A stretch of DNA of 63,278 nt, the filler included, from Octopus bimaculoides (Eukaryota), in NCBI RefSeq assembly GCF_001194135.2. It is 6 parts of 5 records of this genome, joined end to end, with 100 filler letters (N's around TTAATTAATTAA, not from the genome) between each part and the next. Parts side by side here need not be neighbours in the genome. Positions count along the whole stretch, not along the records: positions 23,053 to 40,105 come from NC_068995.1; 5 more parts are not named here. One strand, written 5' to 3'. Below, in pieces: positions 23,400 through 36,584 of the stretch; position 1 is the stretch's first letter, and every line of letters begins with the position of its first letter. Both the position numbers and the translations under genes were made by a program. The notes beneath the pieces were generated by a model. It made no database searches. It worked only from the letters and a program-made list of their open reading frames with translations, and was not told the origin of the DNA.

Positions 23400-24128
23400 T
23401 TCATGAGGCAGTTTGCCGCGTGACTGCGATCAATATCTATGCTGTATTCTATGATTTTGTGATGGACAGGAGCAAAGAGCCAACGTAAAATTTTGCATTA
23501 AACTTGCGAAGTCTGCTACAGAGACATTGAGCATGTTTCGGAAAGCTTACGGCGACGAGGCAAAGGATTGTGTACAATGTTTCGAGTGTCACGGGTGCTT
23601 AAAAAACGGATAAAAGTTCCTGGAAGACGATAAGCGATCTAGAAGACCTTCCACGTACGTCACACCCGAAAATGTGGTATTGTGCATCGAGAATTCGTTC
23701 CCTTGGGCCCGACCGTCAATCGAGAGTTCTATTTCGACGTTTGAAACCTTTTAGGGAGGATATTCAGTGAAAGTGACCGGATTTATGGAGCGCGAAGAAT
23801 TGGATTCTTCACGATGACAATGCACCCTGTTACCGAGCTCTTCTCACTCGTTAGATTCTTGCCAAAAACAACAGGTATCGCTTCCACAGCCACCCTATTC
23901 GCCAGATTTAGCACTCTCTCACTTCCATGCCTTCCCTAACATGAAAATGCAGTTCAAAGGTCGCCGTTTTAACACTATTGTCAAGTAGGATTCCAAAAGT
24001 GTCAGAAACGCTGGAACCGGTGTATTGCTGCGCCAGCTGATTATTTCGAAGGAGATGATGGTAAAAGTTAAGTTTTTTCTTATTTATTAAACATAACTAG
24101 CCCGGGAAACTTTTGATACTGCTTCGTA
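23400..24128 (+). pseudogene. Mariner (DD34D-type) transposase relic, internally deleted, right TIR present
   Basis: EQRANVKFCIKLAKSATETLSMFRKAYGDEA (HTH) ... EDDKRSRRPST, deletion, VHREFVP, WILHDDNAP, PPYSPDLALSHF, KRWNRCIAAPADYFEGD; stops and frameshifts; TIR-like cccgggaaacttttgatactgcttcgTA at 24101-24128. Confidence 0.92.
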
Positions 24129-24160
24129 GAAGTGTGTAACTGAATGAATACCATAGCTTT

Positions 24161-24161
<1 letters not shown>

Positions 24162-24225
<64 letters not shown>

Positions 24226-24290
24226 ATGTCTGTCTGCCTGTCTATCTGTCTGTCTGTCTGTCTTTCTGTCTGTCTGTCTGTCTGTCTAAC
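24162..24290. repeat. (TCTA)n/(TCTG)n tetranucleotide microsatellite
   Basis: Read directly from the sequence. Confidence 0.95.
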
Positions 24291-26220
24291 TACCACTCTG
24301 TCTATCAATTAATCAGTCAATCTATCTAATTCTCTGTATGTATATATTTCTGCCTGTCTGTCAGTATGCATCTCTCTCACCCTCTCTTTCCCTCTCTCCC
24401 TGTGTTTAAATGTCAACCTACCTCTGTCACCTCGTATGTCAACAGGGTTAAATATGCAAACCTAAACCAGCAACAAAACCTCATACTGTCTGTTTCACTA
24501 TTCTAAAACTTTTGATATTTTTTTTATATCCCGTCGTTCAGTTAAAATCAGTTTCCTGACACACTTGTAAACTATATTTAACAACAAATTCTCGTATTCA
24601 CGAATTGTCAAATGTTTCCTTAGCCTGCAGTGCTGAACTCAATTCCTCTGATGGATGTAAAGATAGAAGGAAGAATCCACCTCATTTTATTACTGAGAAT
24701 ATGAATCGTATTTTCTGATAGGGATAAAAAACAATCCATTGGTCTTATTTATAAATTTCAGATAAATAAGGTATTTAGAAATAGTTTCTTTTACCTCTCC
24801 AACAAACACAAAACTTTCATGGTTATTGCTCTCGCTTACATCAGAAGCTCTCATTCTTTTATTTAACCTTCAGTCAATAAACTGCACCCAGACAGTTCGT
24901 TAACTAAAACCACTCCTCTTCTTTCTACCTGTAGGTAGACATTACATTATCCGAAGATGTAGGTTTCACCTCTCGCATTACCAAGGTTACAATTCATTTG
25001 ATAGACGTTTTAAAGCACCACAGGCAAGGAAGTACTTGAAATGAAATCCTTCAAAGACGTTCCATTATATTCTCGTCTCTCCAATTCTGAATGCCGCAGG
25101 AGGTTAGAGCAGCAATCGTTTTCCCATGATTTTAATCAGAAAAAGAAGACTATATAAATATATTTCGTTCTTCGAGCCAATGCTACCATTATTACTATCC
25201 ACAACTAGAATTTATATGAGTGTCCTTTGGATGGCATAGACAAGAACTGATGTAGTATAGAAATGGCTTCCAACAAGGATTGTTACTCACACTGCTCACA
25301 ATATGCTGATCAGCAAGTCATTTGAAGGCGCTTCCTTATCACTCGAGGCGACGCACTTCGTTTTACTTTTATTCGGTTTACCTAAATGGAGAATAACTTC
25401 CAATCCTACACAGAATAGTTATTTACAGAGTTTATTAGCGTCATATGCAAGGGAAGACATTTGACTCAACCACAGAAAGCTAAAAGAAGCCAGGGTTTAA
25501 TTGTTGCATCCTTTGAACTATTGTATTTCATTAATTCCATTCTCTGGATCGAATTTTGCCAACAACAACCACGAATGAAACCATTTTAGTCTTCTTCCTT
25601 TTATTGTGTATAGCAATTTGAGAACAATAGAATTGTTGGTTGCTTGTCTCTAATGGCACAATTATTGGTTCATTACATTTCTGAAGGGTAAATAAGGAAG
25701 TTTCTGTTCAGAACAAATATCGCAAAGAATTTTGCTCCAAGACTAGGTTTTTATTATTTTTTTTTCTGATTTACTCGCTGATGTATATCGACTACAGACA
25801 CTCACACAAATTCACACAAATAGACGCAAACAAACACGTAACAAACACGCACACGTACGCATGTGTTGGAGTATGTTTAAACAATAGATTTTGTCGACGA
25901 ATAACGAAGAAAGTATTCAATGCATTTTGCACAGTATTTGGTTTATTTAAACAGAATTTCTCTCACACGGTTCGGTTTTCACAAAACGCGGTTTACGATC
26001 ACTGTAATTTGAAACTAGACAGATACATCACAAATTCTTTTAATCGTGATTCTATTATCAAACCGTAACGATCGACAGCCACTTGACAATAAATATGTAG
26101 TGTCATGTGTGTGTGCATATATATACATATATATGCATACATATATTTCCATACATACATACATACATACATACATACATACATACACATATCTGTATGA
26201 ATATTTACACCATATATACA

Positions 26221-26271
<51 letters not shown>

Positions 26272-26373
26272 NNNNNNNNNNNNNNNNNNNNNNNNNNNNN
26301 NNNNNNNNNNNNNNNNNNNNNNNNNNNNNNNNNNNNNNNNNNNNNNNNNNNNNNNNNNNNNNNNNNNNNNNNN

Positions 26374-26589
26374 TAATTATATTTATAAATATATGAACTT
26401 TTGAATAAGTTCTCCACCAATAATGGTGCTTTCATACCGATGGGCTTGGTAAAAATTATTAATTGTTAATTGATTTATTAATTAATAAATCAATTAACAA
26501 TTAATAATTTTTACCAAGCCCATCGGTATGAAAGCACCATTATTGGTGGAGAACTTATTCAAAAGTTCATATATTTATAAATATAATTA
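26374..26589. repeat. Perfect 216-bp palindrome (108-bp arms, no spacer) abutting a gap
   Basis: taattatatttataaatatatgaacttttg...ttattaa|ttaataa...caaaagttcatatatttataaatataatta; centre at 26481/26482. Confidence 0.9.
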
Positions 26590-26742
26590 AGGGATCACCA
26601 AAATATTTGCTTCACCATATACCGAAGTTCAGAAATAGCAGCTAAAAAAGCTGAGAATCTCACAGATAGCGTCACTTGTAACTCACAAAGGCAAAAAACT
26701 TCGGTATATGGTGAAGCAAATATTTTGCTGATCCCTTAATTA
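26584..26742. mobile_element. TA-flanked MITE with 46-bp TIRs (1 mismatch)
   Basis: taattaagggatcaccaaaatatttgcttcaccatataccgaagtt (26584-26629) versus 26697-26742. Confidence 0.85.
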
Positions 26743-26778
<36 letters not shown>

Positions 26779-26899
26779 TGTATGTATGTATGTATATGTA
26801 TGTATGCGTATGTGGGGTCGTGTAATTAGATATATAGATTTGATAGTTCGATACATAGACATTGATAGACATTGATTGGGCGCTTGATGAGATCACTTT

Positions 26900-27161
26900 T
26901 TGAATATCATCATGCACTGCTTTGCAGTAGTAGCCAGATCTTATAGACAGGCGTTAATCTGCCAGAATCTGGGTTCATCAAACTTTTGTAAATCATCGTC
27001 GCCAATTTCGTTAACGGCTTTTAATACCACATTTGATGTTTTTTTACTTACTTTGGTAGAGAATACTCCCTTCGAAGCCAAAGTTAAAATTTCAGTAAGG
27101 GCACATTTCACGGCATATAATCCTCTCTACTACTACTACTACTACTACTACAACTACTACT

Positions 27162-27192
<31 letters not shown>

Positions 27193-27680
27193 ACAACAAC
27201 AACAACACCCACAACAACAACAACAACAACAATAACAACAACAACAACAACAACAACAACAAACACCACAACAACAACAACAACAACAACAATAATCGTT
27301 GTGGTTGTGCCTACTATATACCATAGTCGTAGTAGGGGGGACAGTGGTCAGTTACTTTAACCAGTAATATAGTTTGGTTGGCAGGCGCTATGGAATCTGT
27401 TGGAATGTCGCTATCTGCGAAATCACGTGGTGGTATCACATAATTCACGTTTTTGTTTATAGAGTTTGGAAGAAGGTAAATTTCGATTTTTTAATAAAAT
27501 TACAGCTACTAATCTTGTTCTTGTTCCTATGTCGTACATATGTTGCTTGTTGGCGTAGTTGCTTCGCAGTAAAATGATTTAGTTTTGGATGCAGATCGTC
27601 CCAATATGAATTCAATTGATTCTCTATAGCCAACAGCGGGATTTTGTTTCGCATTTTTGTAGCAATTAAATAGATCACTA
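26900..27680 (-). pseudogene. Probable R4/Dong-like LINE N-terminal ORF fragments split by (TAC)n/(CAA)n
   Basis: SYWDDLHPKLNHFTAKQLRQQATYV and FSTKVSKKTSNVVLKAVNEIGDDDLQKFDEPRFWQINACL*; resemblance recalled from RLE-LINE N-termini, not searched. Confidence 0.45.
27127..27293. repeat. Compound (TAC)n(CAA)n microsatellite
   Basis: Read directly from the sequence. Confidence 0.95.
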
Positions 27681-28275
27681 TTCAATTCATAACTCCAAGA
27701 GTTTTGTAATTACGATTTCTTCTATTTGTATGTATATATGTATGTATGCATGTATGTATGTATGTATGTATGCATGTATGTTTGTATGTATGTATGTATG
27801 TTTGTATGCATGTATGTATGTATGTATGTATGTATGTATGTATGTATGTATGTATGCATGTATGTATGTTGCATTTGCTAAGCTCTACTCAATAAGTAAA
27901 ATTGGTCAACACAAAGTCATGGTAAGAGATATTTACTCAAGGTGCCATTAAGTACAATCGAGGCAGATCAATGGATTTGCAAATCCAATTTCTTAAATAA
28001 TCGTCTATGCTCGCCCATATTTAACATGCGAATATTTAAGCACACACCAAGTTATTCAGCGATCTGCCACAACACGCACAGTCATTACGATATATTATTT
28101 ATTGAGGAGATTCGTATCTTCTATACATAGAACAATTAGTCTATAAACTCACGAACACTCTGTCTCCTTTTCACATATAGGCGCAGCCATATCTGTGGTG
28201 TAAATGAAGTTTGTTTCGCTTCAACGAGTTTCCCTATTTGATTGTGTTTCCTTGTACTTTGAGGAAATCTGTCTG

Positions 28276-28340
<65 letters not shown>

Positions 28341-30255
28341 ATGTCTGTCTGTCTGTCTGTCTCTCTGTCTGTTTGCCTGTCCTTCTGTTTGTCCGTCTCT
28401 GTCTATCTCCTTCACACATATTTATCTACTCATCCATCTATCAATGTATGTATGTATGTATGCATGCATGTATGTATGTATGTATGTATGTATGTATGTA
28501 TGTATGTATGATTGTATGTAGATATGCATGTATGTGTCTGTGTGTCTATTCACAGCCACTACGTGGGTACTCGACCATCTACAATTAACCATCAAGTCTC
28601 TCCCAAATCATACACTACCGTATTAAAAACAAAGAACCAATTAGTTAAGCAGAACCATAGGCACATTTTCTGAAATAAAACAGCTGGAAGAACCCTGCGC
28701 ACTCAGGTCTAAACAACAATAACAACAATAATGATATCACACATTTATACCTCAATGCATGAACTGCATCAAAACACATGGCTACAAACACACACACATA
28801 CTCTCTACCCCGGTCTTCCTTTCTCTCTACATGCGCATGCATTATCTGCTCGAACTAATGAGTGCGCCTGTACACGGTCAATCGTTCTGTTGGAAACATC
28901 AGAATGACCTCCCTCAAATAACATATTACTGTCTCAAAAATGGAAGCAATATATAATATAATATAAGCATATTTACTCATAAAGAACGGGATAGTCACGA
29001 CTGGAATATCACTGATCACTCTACTGTACATTCAAAGTTGACTCGTCATGAGACAACAAGACAACACGCCTGAACAAGACAGTTTTAAAAGAGGAAAAAT
29101 GATCATGCAGCTGTATCTCTCTCCATATAATACACCCACTATAAAAATGAAAATAAAGATGGCGTTTCCGTCAGTGTCTGTGATCTGCGTTCCAGTCGTT
29201 CGGTCAACTGAACTGACTGCTCATTGTATTAGGGTGTAAGTGGGTATTCTGTATTCCACTGTCATGGGTAATTCTGAGGCAGTGTAACTCAAAGTGTGAC
29301 AAGGCCTGATTCTGAGTTACAGGCAAAGTCTATCTGATGATTTTCGAGACAGTTTTCGCCTCCTCAGTTCCACTCTCAAAGCTTCAATCAACTCAAGGCT
29401 GCGATAAAAAATAGATGATCGGGATGTTACGATCTCATGAACTCAGGACTTCATGTTTGCATATGGAACTTCTTAAACACTCGCCAAAACCCAGCCGCTT
29501 TATCTACTGGAAGCAACATCTAAACTTTCTTTAATAGAAGCCCCATCTTCTTAAGCAGAATGAACATATTAGCTTATATGTTTAAAAAAAAACAGATAAA
29601 TAAATAAAAATGAACAACAGGAGACAATTCCAGAGTCAATTCTGGAATGGCTTTGAAAACAGACCTGCTGGATCAAGCTGATCCTTGTTTCACTTTAAAA
29701 ATAAAAGCAACATATACACCCCAAAATATATTCACTTGTAGAAGTTATGTACTGTACTAACACGGTGTGTACATAATCTTCGAACTATATCTATGTACAT
29801 ACACGCAGGGACATGTCCAGAACATCTACAGACAAACTATTTGTACTCATACTCAGTCATACACGCACACATTCCCTTCCCGCAGGCACATAGTCTCATC
29901 CTTGCTACATACACAGGCAAGCAGTAAAATTACAGACACACTTGCCACCCCCAGGCGCAGTCACGCAAATACACCACAGAAAATAAAACATGCACACACA
30001 AATCATCAGCAGATAAACTGACAAATAAACACATATACACGTAACCCTTACCCCTTCATGTTTCTAAATACACATAGGAAGACAAAGAGCATTTACAGAT
30101 ACACAATTGCTATATATATACATACATGTACTCAGATCGTCATCATCTGGGGTGGGAGGAGGCAGTGTTTACAAACACAAACATATTGTCAACACAAACA
30201 TACAGAAGCATACGCACAATAGAATATACACTGATACAGAAGCATATACACACCT

Positions 30256-30309
<54 letters not shown>

Positions 30310-30427
30310 TCAAACACATTGTTATATGTAACGAATGAAAGCAGACTTAAAAAGAACAATCTCCATTTAATTATGATGAGGCAATGAGACAATCAGTTGT
30401 CATGCCAACCAGTGAGAAGTATATAGG

Positions 30428-30466
<39 letters not shown>

Positions 30467-31733
30467 CACATACACACACGCACGCGCACACGCACATATA
30501 CACATACATAAAACATGTGCATATGTAAACATGTATATTGATGAAAGCACACTGTCTCACGATCAGTTTGTGTGTGTCTTTGTATGCGTTTGTGTATGTG
30601 TTTGTATTGTCACTGTATACACGCCACACACATTACACGACACAAGCACCATATATACATCGCAGTACACTACATGTCTGTATGTGTAAGTCTTTTCATT
30701 TCATTTCATTTCAAAGTTTCAGCTCAGAGCTGCGGCCATGCTGATGCACCACCGTGTATATTTATTGCTTTTATCTACAGGCACCAGACATTCGTTATGT
30801 GAGTGTGTATGTGCATGTGTGTCTGTTCGCAAGCACGTGTGTCAATAGGTATAACATAGATGACGCCGCATCCATACAAAACATGTCGTGGTTCTATATA
30901 TCCTCTCAAGGTGCATACACATGAATTCATATATGTATGTGAGTATCAACGGTTATGAAATTCAGGACACACGTACTCATACTTGACTCCAACATGGCTT
31001 CAACTTACTTGTATATGTATATATATGCATGGATGTATATATGTATGTATGTATTTTTGTATATATGTATGTATGTATTTTTGTATATATGTGTGTATGT
31101 ACGTATCTCTCAATTTCCATGACATAGATGACATACATATATACACGTTACATAACCACAGGTATATATGAATTTACTTTTCTTCTGTGTGTGTGCTAAT
31201 TTAGGCATGCATATTCACCGACGAATATAACACACGGAGTGTATATTTACATATATAGAGACAATTATATGGATAGACAAATTAGATATATTAAATACAA
31301 AATAAGTATATGTGCATACATGCAAAGCGACTTCGATGGAATTAGCTAATGCATTATCTAGGTCAGACTTGGGTCGAGTTAGCAAATGCATTATCGATTG
31401 AATTCTACCCCTAGTTAAAACTAAGGTTAAGTTTCCACGTTGGAATTGTACTGATGACGTCATCACCTGGTTCCACTCAATCTTTAATTATTATTCTATC
31501 ATATCACCTATTCTCTTAAGTAAAACCATAATCTTCACTTGAAAGTACGCATCTATCACTTCATTTGACATTGACATCATCCTGGCTGCTAGGAAGACAC
31601 TAATTCACTTTAAGGATAATTACTGGACCGGCAACGATCTTTTCGATATAACCATGGGATTATCTCACTCAGTTCAGGTTACCGACCAAGTTGGCCTATT
31701 CCTTCTTTCGCAAATTAAACAATAATTCTCCAA

Positions 31734-32440
31734 CCTCTGTATACCCGAATCCTATCTTTCTGGTCATTTCCAGAGAATTGCATACGGTGCATGAAATTCT
31801 GTACATGTCTCTTTGTTTCATAGGGTTCGCATAGGGGGGACACTTTGTTCATTATCCTAACTAACTCTGCTATCAGTATGTTGATTTTCATGTTGTGTGA
31901 CAAAGCTGAGTTCTTGTGAACAACATATTTAGAAGCTATGGGTTTCATGTAATAGGAGTGGAGGAGCTGCACTCTGTTGTTCACAGTCTCAAACCAAAGT
32001 TCAGTATCAAGGACAGGGGGTCTATTGTTAGGATACCTAGTGGGGTAATCTATAGTTACCTTCATACTTTGGTGGGTGTAGGTAGTTATGTGCTGGATGC
32101 TCTCCATTATGCACCTCTCGGTTTCTACACTACAGTTACTAGAGTTTGTCATAACTAGAATATTAATATCATCTAAATACCTACAGTAAAGCAAAACAGT
32201 TGAGAATTGTTCTGCTAAGGATTATCTAAGTTTTCTGTTTCACCAGGTCATGAAAAGATCAGCCACATTTCCAACCACACCGACTGACACCAACGGCTGA
32301 ACCTTGCACCTGCATGTATAGTTTCCTGTTAAACTTTACTATGTGGTTCTTCAAGGTGGTTCTTATACTGTCGTGTGTTTTAGTATTTTTGCTTGATGTG
32401 AGCCCTAACCGCTTGACAGCCGAATTAACAGATTTTGTAT
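31734..32440 (-). mobile_element. Penelope-like element reverse transcriptase/thumb fragment (inverted 5' part)
   Basis: NHIVKFNRKLYMQVQGSAVG...LYCRYLDD (YxDD)...VLDTELW...YYMKPIASKYVVHKNSAL...ELVRIMNKVS...MQFSGNDQKDRIRVY. Confidence 0.88.
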
Positions 32441-32533
32441 ATAGCCTGGAGGAGATGTTTTAATGTTTCTGCGTATAGCCTGGAGGAAATGTTTTAATGT
32501 TTTTGTGTATAACCTGGAGGAGATGTTTTAATG
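32440..32533. repeat. 34-bp tandem repeat, about 2.8 copies
   Basis: tatagcctggaggagatgttttaatgttt units start at 32440, 32474 and 32508. Confidence 0.9.
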
Positions 32534-32584
32534 AAATAGAACTGTCGGGTAGCTATTTTGATTTTTAGACAGCAGAACACAGTG

Positions 32585-33260
32585 TCTGGATATGACCAGA
32601 AAGATAGGATTCGGGTATACAAGGGAGCCAGAAAGAAGTTAGATAGCATTATATGTAATGAAACCAGTGGTGCCTTCCCGAGATACAGAAGTAGACACTG
32701 GAATAGGAAACAGATAGTTTATGACAAAGCAAACATAGTAATCAGATAGCACAAGGACGACAAATATCAAGGAGTAATGTTTGTAGAGACCACAGCCCAT
32801 GGAGAACAAGCCTGACGATTTAGAAAATCTCTGAAGGAGGCCAAACTCAACATGGGGATCGTTGAAAAGTCAGCTCCATCAGATCGCAATTATGTTGGAC
32901 GTACTACTTTGAGAACACCATATGCATCAATGATAACTGCATGGTATGTAAGATTGACCCTGACATTAGATGTAGGACTATAAATGTAGTCTACAGCATA
33001 AGGTGCATAGAGAGTGCTTGTAAAGACAAGAATATGACATACATCGAGGTGACATCTCGAAGCATTGTGCAGAGACTAAATGACATTTGAAACAATATGA
33101 CGTCAAAATCAGTCCTCCATACTCCACTAACGTGCCAAAGGCCAACATGGAGGTATACTGTGTCGACTTGACATCCGCATTTTATCCAAGCACCCGAAGG
33201 AATCAACACTCAGACAAATACAGGAGTGCGTCATCATAAATGACACATTTAGCACTAATT
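32585..33260 (+). mobile_element. Penelope-like element linker and GIY-YIG endonuclease (direct 3' part), decayed
   Basis: SGYDQKDRIRVYKGARKK...YQGVMFVETT...CINDNCMVC...CRTINVVYSIRC...TYIEVTSRSIVQRLNDI*; Cys-rich linker before a VVY...YI(E) GIY-YIG motif. Confidence 0.85.
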
Positions 33261-35825
33261 AGGTGATATACATAGAAAGTAGTGATACCCCAATACCCAC
33301 AGTTTATACATAGACAGGTAGATTTGTAGGTAGGATGTTATGTAGACGCATATATATATATATATATATANNNNNNNNNNNNNNNNNNNNNNNNNNNNNN
33401 NNNNNNNNNNNNNNNNNNNNNNNNNNNNNNNNNNNNNNNNNNNNNNNNNNNNNNNNNNNNNNNNNNNNNNNNNNNNNNNNNNNNNNNNNNNNNNNNNNNN
33501 NNNNNNNNNNNNNNNNNNNNNNNNNNNNNNNNNNNNNNNNNNNNNNNNNNNNNNNNNNNNNNNNNNNNNNNNNNNNNNNNNNNNNNNNNNNNNNNNNNNN
33601 NNNNNNNNNNNNNNNNNNNNNNNNNNNNNNNNNNNNNNNNNNNNNNNNNNNNNNNNNNNNNNNNNNNNNNNNNNNNNNNNNNNNNNNNNNNNNNNNNNNN
33701 NNNNNNNNNNNNNNNNNNNNNNNNNNNNNNNNNNNNNNNNNNNNNNNNNNNNNNNNNNNNNNNNNNNNNNNNNNNNNNNNNNNNNNNNNNNNNNNNNNNN
33801 NNNNNNNNNNNNNNNNNNNNNNNNNNNNNNNNNNNNNNNNNNNNNNNNNNNNNNNNNNNNNNNNNNNNNNNNNNNNNNNNNNNNNNNNNNNNNNNNNNNN
33901 NNNNNNNNNNNNNNNNNNNNNNNNNNNNNNNNNNNNNNNNNNNNNNNNNNNNNNNNNNNNNNNNNNNNNNNNNNNNNNNNNNNNNNNNNNNNNNNNNNNN
34001 NNNNNNNNNNNNNNNNNNNNNNNNNNNNNNNNNNNNNNNNNNNNNNNNNNNNNNNNNNNNNNNNNNNNNNNNNNNNNNNNNNNNNNNNNNNNNNNNNNNN
34101 NNNNNNNNNNNNNNNNNNNNNNNNNNNNNNNNNNNNNNNNNNNNNNNNNNNNNNNNNNNNNNNNNNNNNNNNNNNNNNNNNNNNNNNNNNNNNNNNNNNN
34201 NNNNNNNNNNNNNNNNNNNNNNNNNNNNNNNNNNNNNNNNNNNNNNNNNNNNNNNNNNNNNNNNNNNNNNNNNNNNNNNNNNNNNNNNNNNNNNNNNNNN
34301 NNNNNNNNNNNNNNNNNNNNNNNNNNNNNNNNNNNNNNNNNNNNNNNNNNNNNNNNNNNNNNNNNNTATATATATATATATATGAAATTAAGATTCTGTT
34401 GAATTAAGTTGAAGCACCAAGCTTATCCAGTATTGCCCGTACAGCTTGAAGGTAGGTGAATAAAGAGCAAAATATATAACAAGGATGTCCAGGTATTAGT
34501 ACATTACGACCGTTTCAAGCGTCTCCATTTAATCGATCAATGCTAGCATTACATCAATTTGAAATATACTGCTCTTCTCGGATTCGTACGACTATATAGA
34601 TTTCCAGCATGCAGTATACTCCATTAGAGTTTTTTTTAGCAAACTTTTAATCTGTACTACAGACTAGAATACATTTCTTATTTTTGCTTTTATTGTAGCA
34701 GAATGAATTTAGGGAATGAGTACAGTACCTAAAGCCTATTAAAATTTAGAGTGGCAGAAGGAAATAATGGGGTTAATAAAGAGGAATGGTGATGTAGCTA
34801 CATTCATTTTTAACCTTATCACATTCAACAGACCCAATGCAGTAAGCAGTCTACATCCCCTTAGAATCAAAGCTATTGGGAATTGACAGTTAAGCTCTTG
34901 TTGTAGGTGATAAATTAATTAAAGTTAGATACCCTTCCCAAACCCCTATTTCACTATGACCAGAAAATCAGCCATACCTACATAAAAGAATATGTCTCAG
35001 AAGATGCTAGTAAGATAATGATATAAAGGTGAGGGAATAACTAGAAAAAGGAGGGGCAGGGGTGGCTTGGCATATAATGAATATCAACTAAAAGGGGCTT
35101 AAAATGGAAAACATAGGAGGTTATATTGAGATCTAAGAGTGGAAATTAGGAATACGGGGAAAATTGTGCTTCTAAGCTTAGCAAAATTTATCTAATAAAA
35201 TATTAAAATTTTGAAAAGGATTTAAGGACCCAGTAAGACAAGGAAAAATTAGACAATCTAAGCGATAAGAGCCGGATATTTTTTTTTTTTTATATATATA
35301 AAAGTACTCCAAAAGTATGGCTTAGATTGTTTTATCTATCCTTCTTCTCTTACTGGGTCCAGAAATCCTTTTCGAAATTTTTTTTATTTTAATAGATGAA
35401 TTGTGGAATTATGACACAGGAAAACACACACACAACTTTGTACAAAGCATGCACACCCACTCACAAACACACACATGGAATACATCTAGCTGTATGCTTA
35501 ATAATATGGATGTGTATGGTTGTATACGTTTAAATATGTGCCTGTCTATGAGCATGTGTTTGTGTACATTACGCATAGGTATGTATCTGAGTGAGAGTAT
35601 GTTTCCCTTTGTATGTAAAAAAAAAAAAAACATCGTAGATTGAAAATATACGTGCATGAATGCTGTTAACCCACGTGACTAAACGGTTTCATAATATTTG
35701 GATAATCTCTGGACCCATAGATGACATCAACTAATAAGCGTTGCGTTAAGTACAGAGAAGAAAGTTATCTTCACGTCTGATTGAGGCAGTCGAAATAATT
35801 TCGGGGAAATTAAGTTATTTAGTGG

Positions 35826-36060
35826 AAGCGCGTGGCTTAGTGGTTGGAGTGTTGCCCTCATGATCATAAGATTGCGGTTTCAATTCCTAAGCCGGGCGAC
35901 GCGTTGTGTTCTTGAGTAAAACACTTCATTTCACGTTGCTCCATTCTACTCGTCTGGCAAAAACGAGTAATCCTGCAACGGAACAGCTTACCGTCCAAGT
36001 GTGGAACATATACTCCACGAAAACCAAGAAACCGGCCCTATCAGTCTACACGACTCAGGG
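35826..36060 (+). mobile_element. tRNA-derived SINE, family C
   Basis: ggaagcgcgtggcttagtggttggagtg (A box) ... ggtttcaattcc (B box) ... gtgttcttgagtaaaacactt core. Confidence 0.75.
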
Positions 36061-36486
36061 AGGAACATTAAACAATTTATTAAATCAATTAACGACACAG
36101 ATATGGCTAAAGGAGAGGAAACAATAAGCCGGTTTACTGGAGCTTTGCACAATCACATTGGATTTCAAATTCTTCGGGAATTTGGTAATGTATGGTGTGT
36201 TCATGAGCAGAAATATTAGAAACGCCCAAATTTTTCTTTTTCTTTTATTAGATCGATTCAACGTTAAATCATTATTAGCGTTATATAATCTTGTTTTCAC
36301 ACTATAACTACGTACATTATTTCTTTCTGTTCGGTTATTTAATTATCGGACATCATTTTCAAAATCTAATCATTAGGGATATATCTTCATTAATTCGGTT
36401 ATTGGTTATGCTCTTCCCACCAGAATTTTGTGGCTTTAGCGAACTGATGTTTTTTTGCTTTTCCAGAATACGCTGAATATTCAAAC

Positions 36487-36584
36487 TAGTCATGGGCAAA
36501 TGCAGCCCGCATGATTTTCTGAATGGCACACCTAAGTAAAATGTTTCATGTGGCCCACTTCTCGATAAAGGTTGCCCAAACCTG
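36487..36584. mobile_element. hAT-like MITE remnant
   Basis: Ends tagtcatgggcaaa / gttgcccaaacctg; subterminal gcccgc and gtggccc motifs; degenerate 8-bp TSD attcaaac / atttaaat. Confidence 0.45.

Noticed and set aside
24400-25780. Possible old DNA-transposon ORF or 51-nt exon (VDITLSEDVGFTSRITK)
   Set aside because: No diagnostic motif recovered and the donor is weak (GTTACA).
31454-31465. Palindromic CRE-like gatgacgtcatc overlapping CTGATGA
   Set aside because: Single isolated motif next to a TE; no stem II or GAAA for a hammerhead.
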